Below, piece by piece: positions 63,700-64,000 of a stretch of 64,000 nt of DNA. The position numbers and the translations under genes are program-made. Below the pieces are notes generated by a model. It made no database searches. It was given only the letters and a program-made list of their open reading frames with translations, and was not told the origin of the DNA. Location: NCBI RefSeq assembly GCF_963921235.1, contig NC_086107.1:108254001-108318000 (forward strand). Reading direction: 5' to 3'. How positions within the stretch are numbered: the stretch's first letter is position 1; each line of letters begins with the position of its first letter. Source of the DNA: Mobula hypostoma (Eukaryota).

Positions 63700-64000
63700 C
63701 TGAAATATCACAATCCACGCGTAGCCGATGTTGTCAAAGTTAATGGCTCCTTTGTGAGGGTTCTTGTCACCAGTTTGGCAGGCAGTGTAGTACCGGTTCC
63801 AGTTGACACACCCCCCGGTAACGTTGAGCTCCTGGCCCAAGGCAGCATAGTAGTAATAGTCATCCTTGTCCAGGCAGCATTCATGCCCGTTGTCTCTCAG
63901 TGCTGGGATCTCGTGACAGCCCATGATGCCGTTATCTCCAGACAGAGAGCAGATGAAAGGCGTTTCATCATCCTTCTCGGGATGGTAGTACAGGGGCAGA
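63700..64000 (-). CDS. CACNA1I: CACNA1I (Cav3.3) coding exon, domain I S5-pore extracellular loop; 5' end beyond window (about human exon 6)
   Basis: Translates LPLYYHPEKDDETPFICSLSGDNGIMGCHEIP...CVNWNRYYTACQTGDKNPHKGAINFDNIGYAWIVIFQ. The motifs PFICSLSGDNGIMGCHEIP and GAINFDNIGYAWIVIFQ match Cav3.3. Donor CAG|gtatta at 63699, phase 0. Confidence 0.96.

Noticed and set aside
1692..64000. Assignment to CACNA1G or CACNA1H
   Set aside because: [50 protein letters not shown] and the short I-II loop without a His-rich tract fit Cav3.3.

Overview
Vertebrate genomic DNA; the repeat families point to a cartilaginous fish, probably a ray (inference). The whole window lies inside one minus-strand gene, the T-type calcium channel CACNA1I (Cav3.3). 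Five coding exons were found: 63700-64000 (cut by the window edge), 57908-58000 (missed by the ORF track), 51599-51893, 34346-34701 and 1692-1843. They have canonical GT-AG ends and matching phases, and encode the domain I pore loop, IS6, the I-II linker with its gating brake, and IIS1-S3. The introns (about 5.7, 6.0, 16.9 and 32.5 kb) are dense in transposable elements: CR1 LINEs (one with an open RT ORF), Rex1/L2-type LINE ends, V-, CORE- and Deu-type SINEs, RTE-derived elements, Tc1 deletion derivatives, a solo LTR, Penelope-like remnants and mini/microsatellites. The most notable unannotated signal is a dispersed set of minimal type I hammerhead ribozyme motifs from two Penelope-like families. 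Some sit in fold-back cassettes with target-site duplications, and one has an intact core on the pre-mRNA strand. Almost all other short ORFs in the track are repeat artefacts. Repeat boundaries were read by eye and are approximate.
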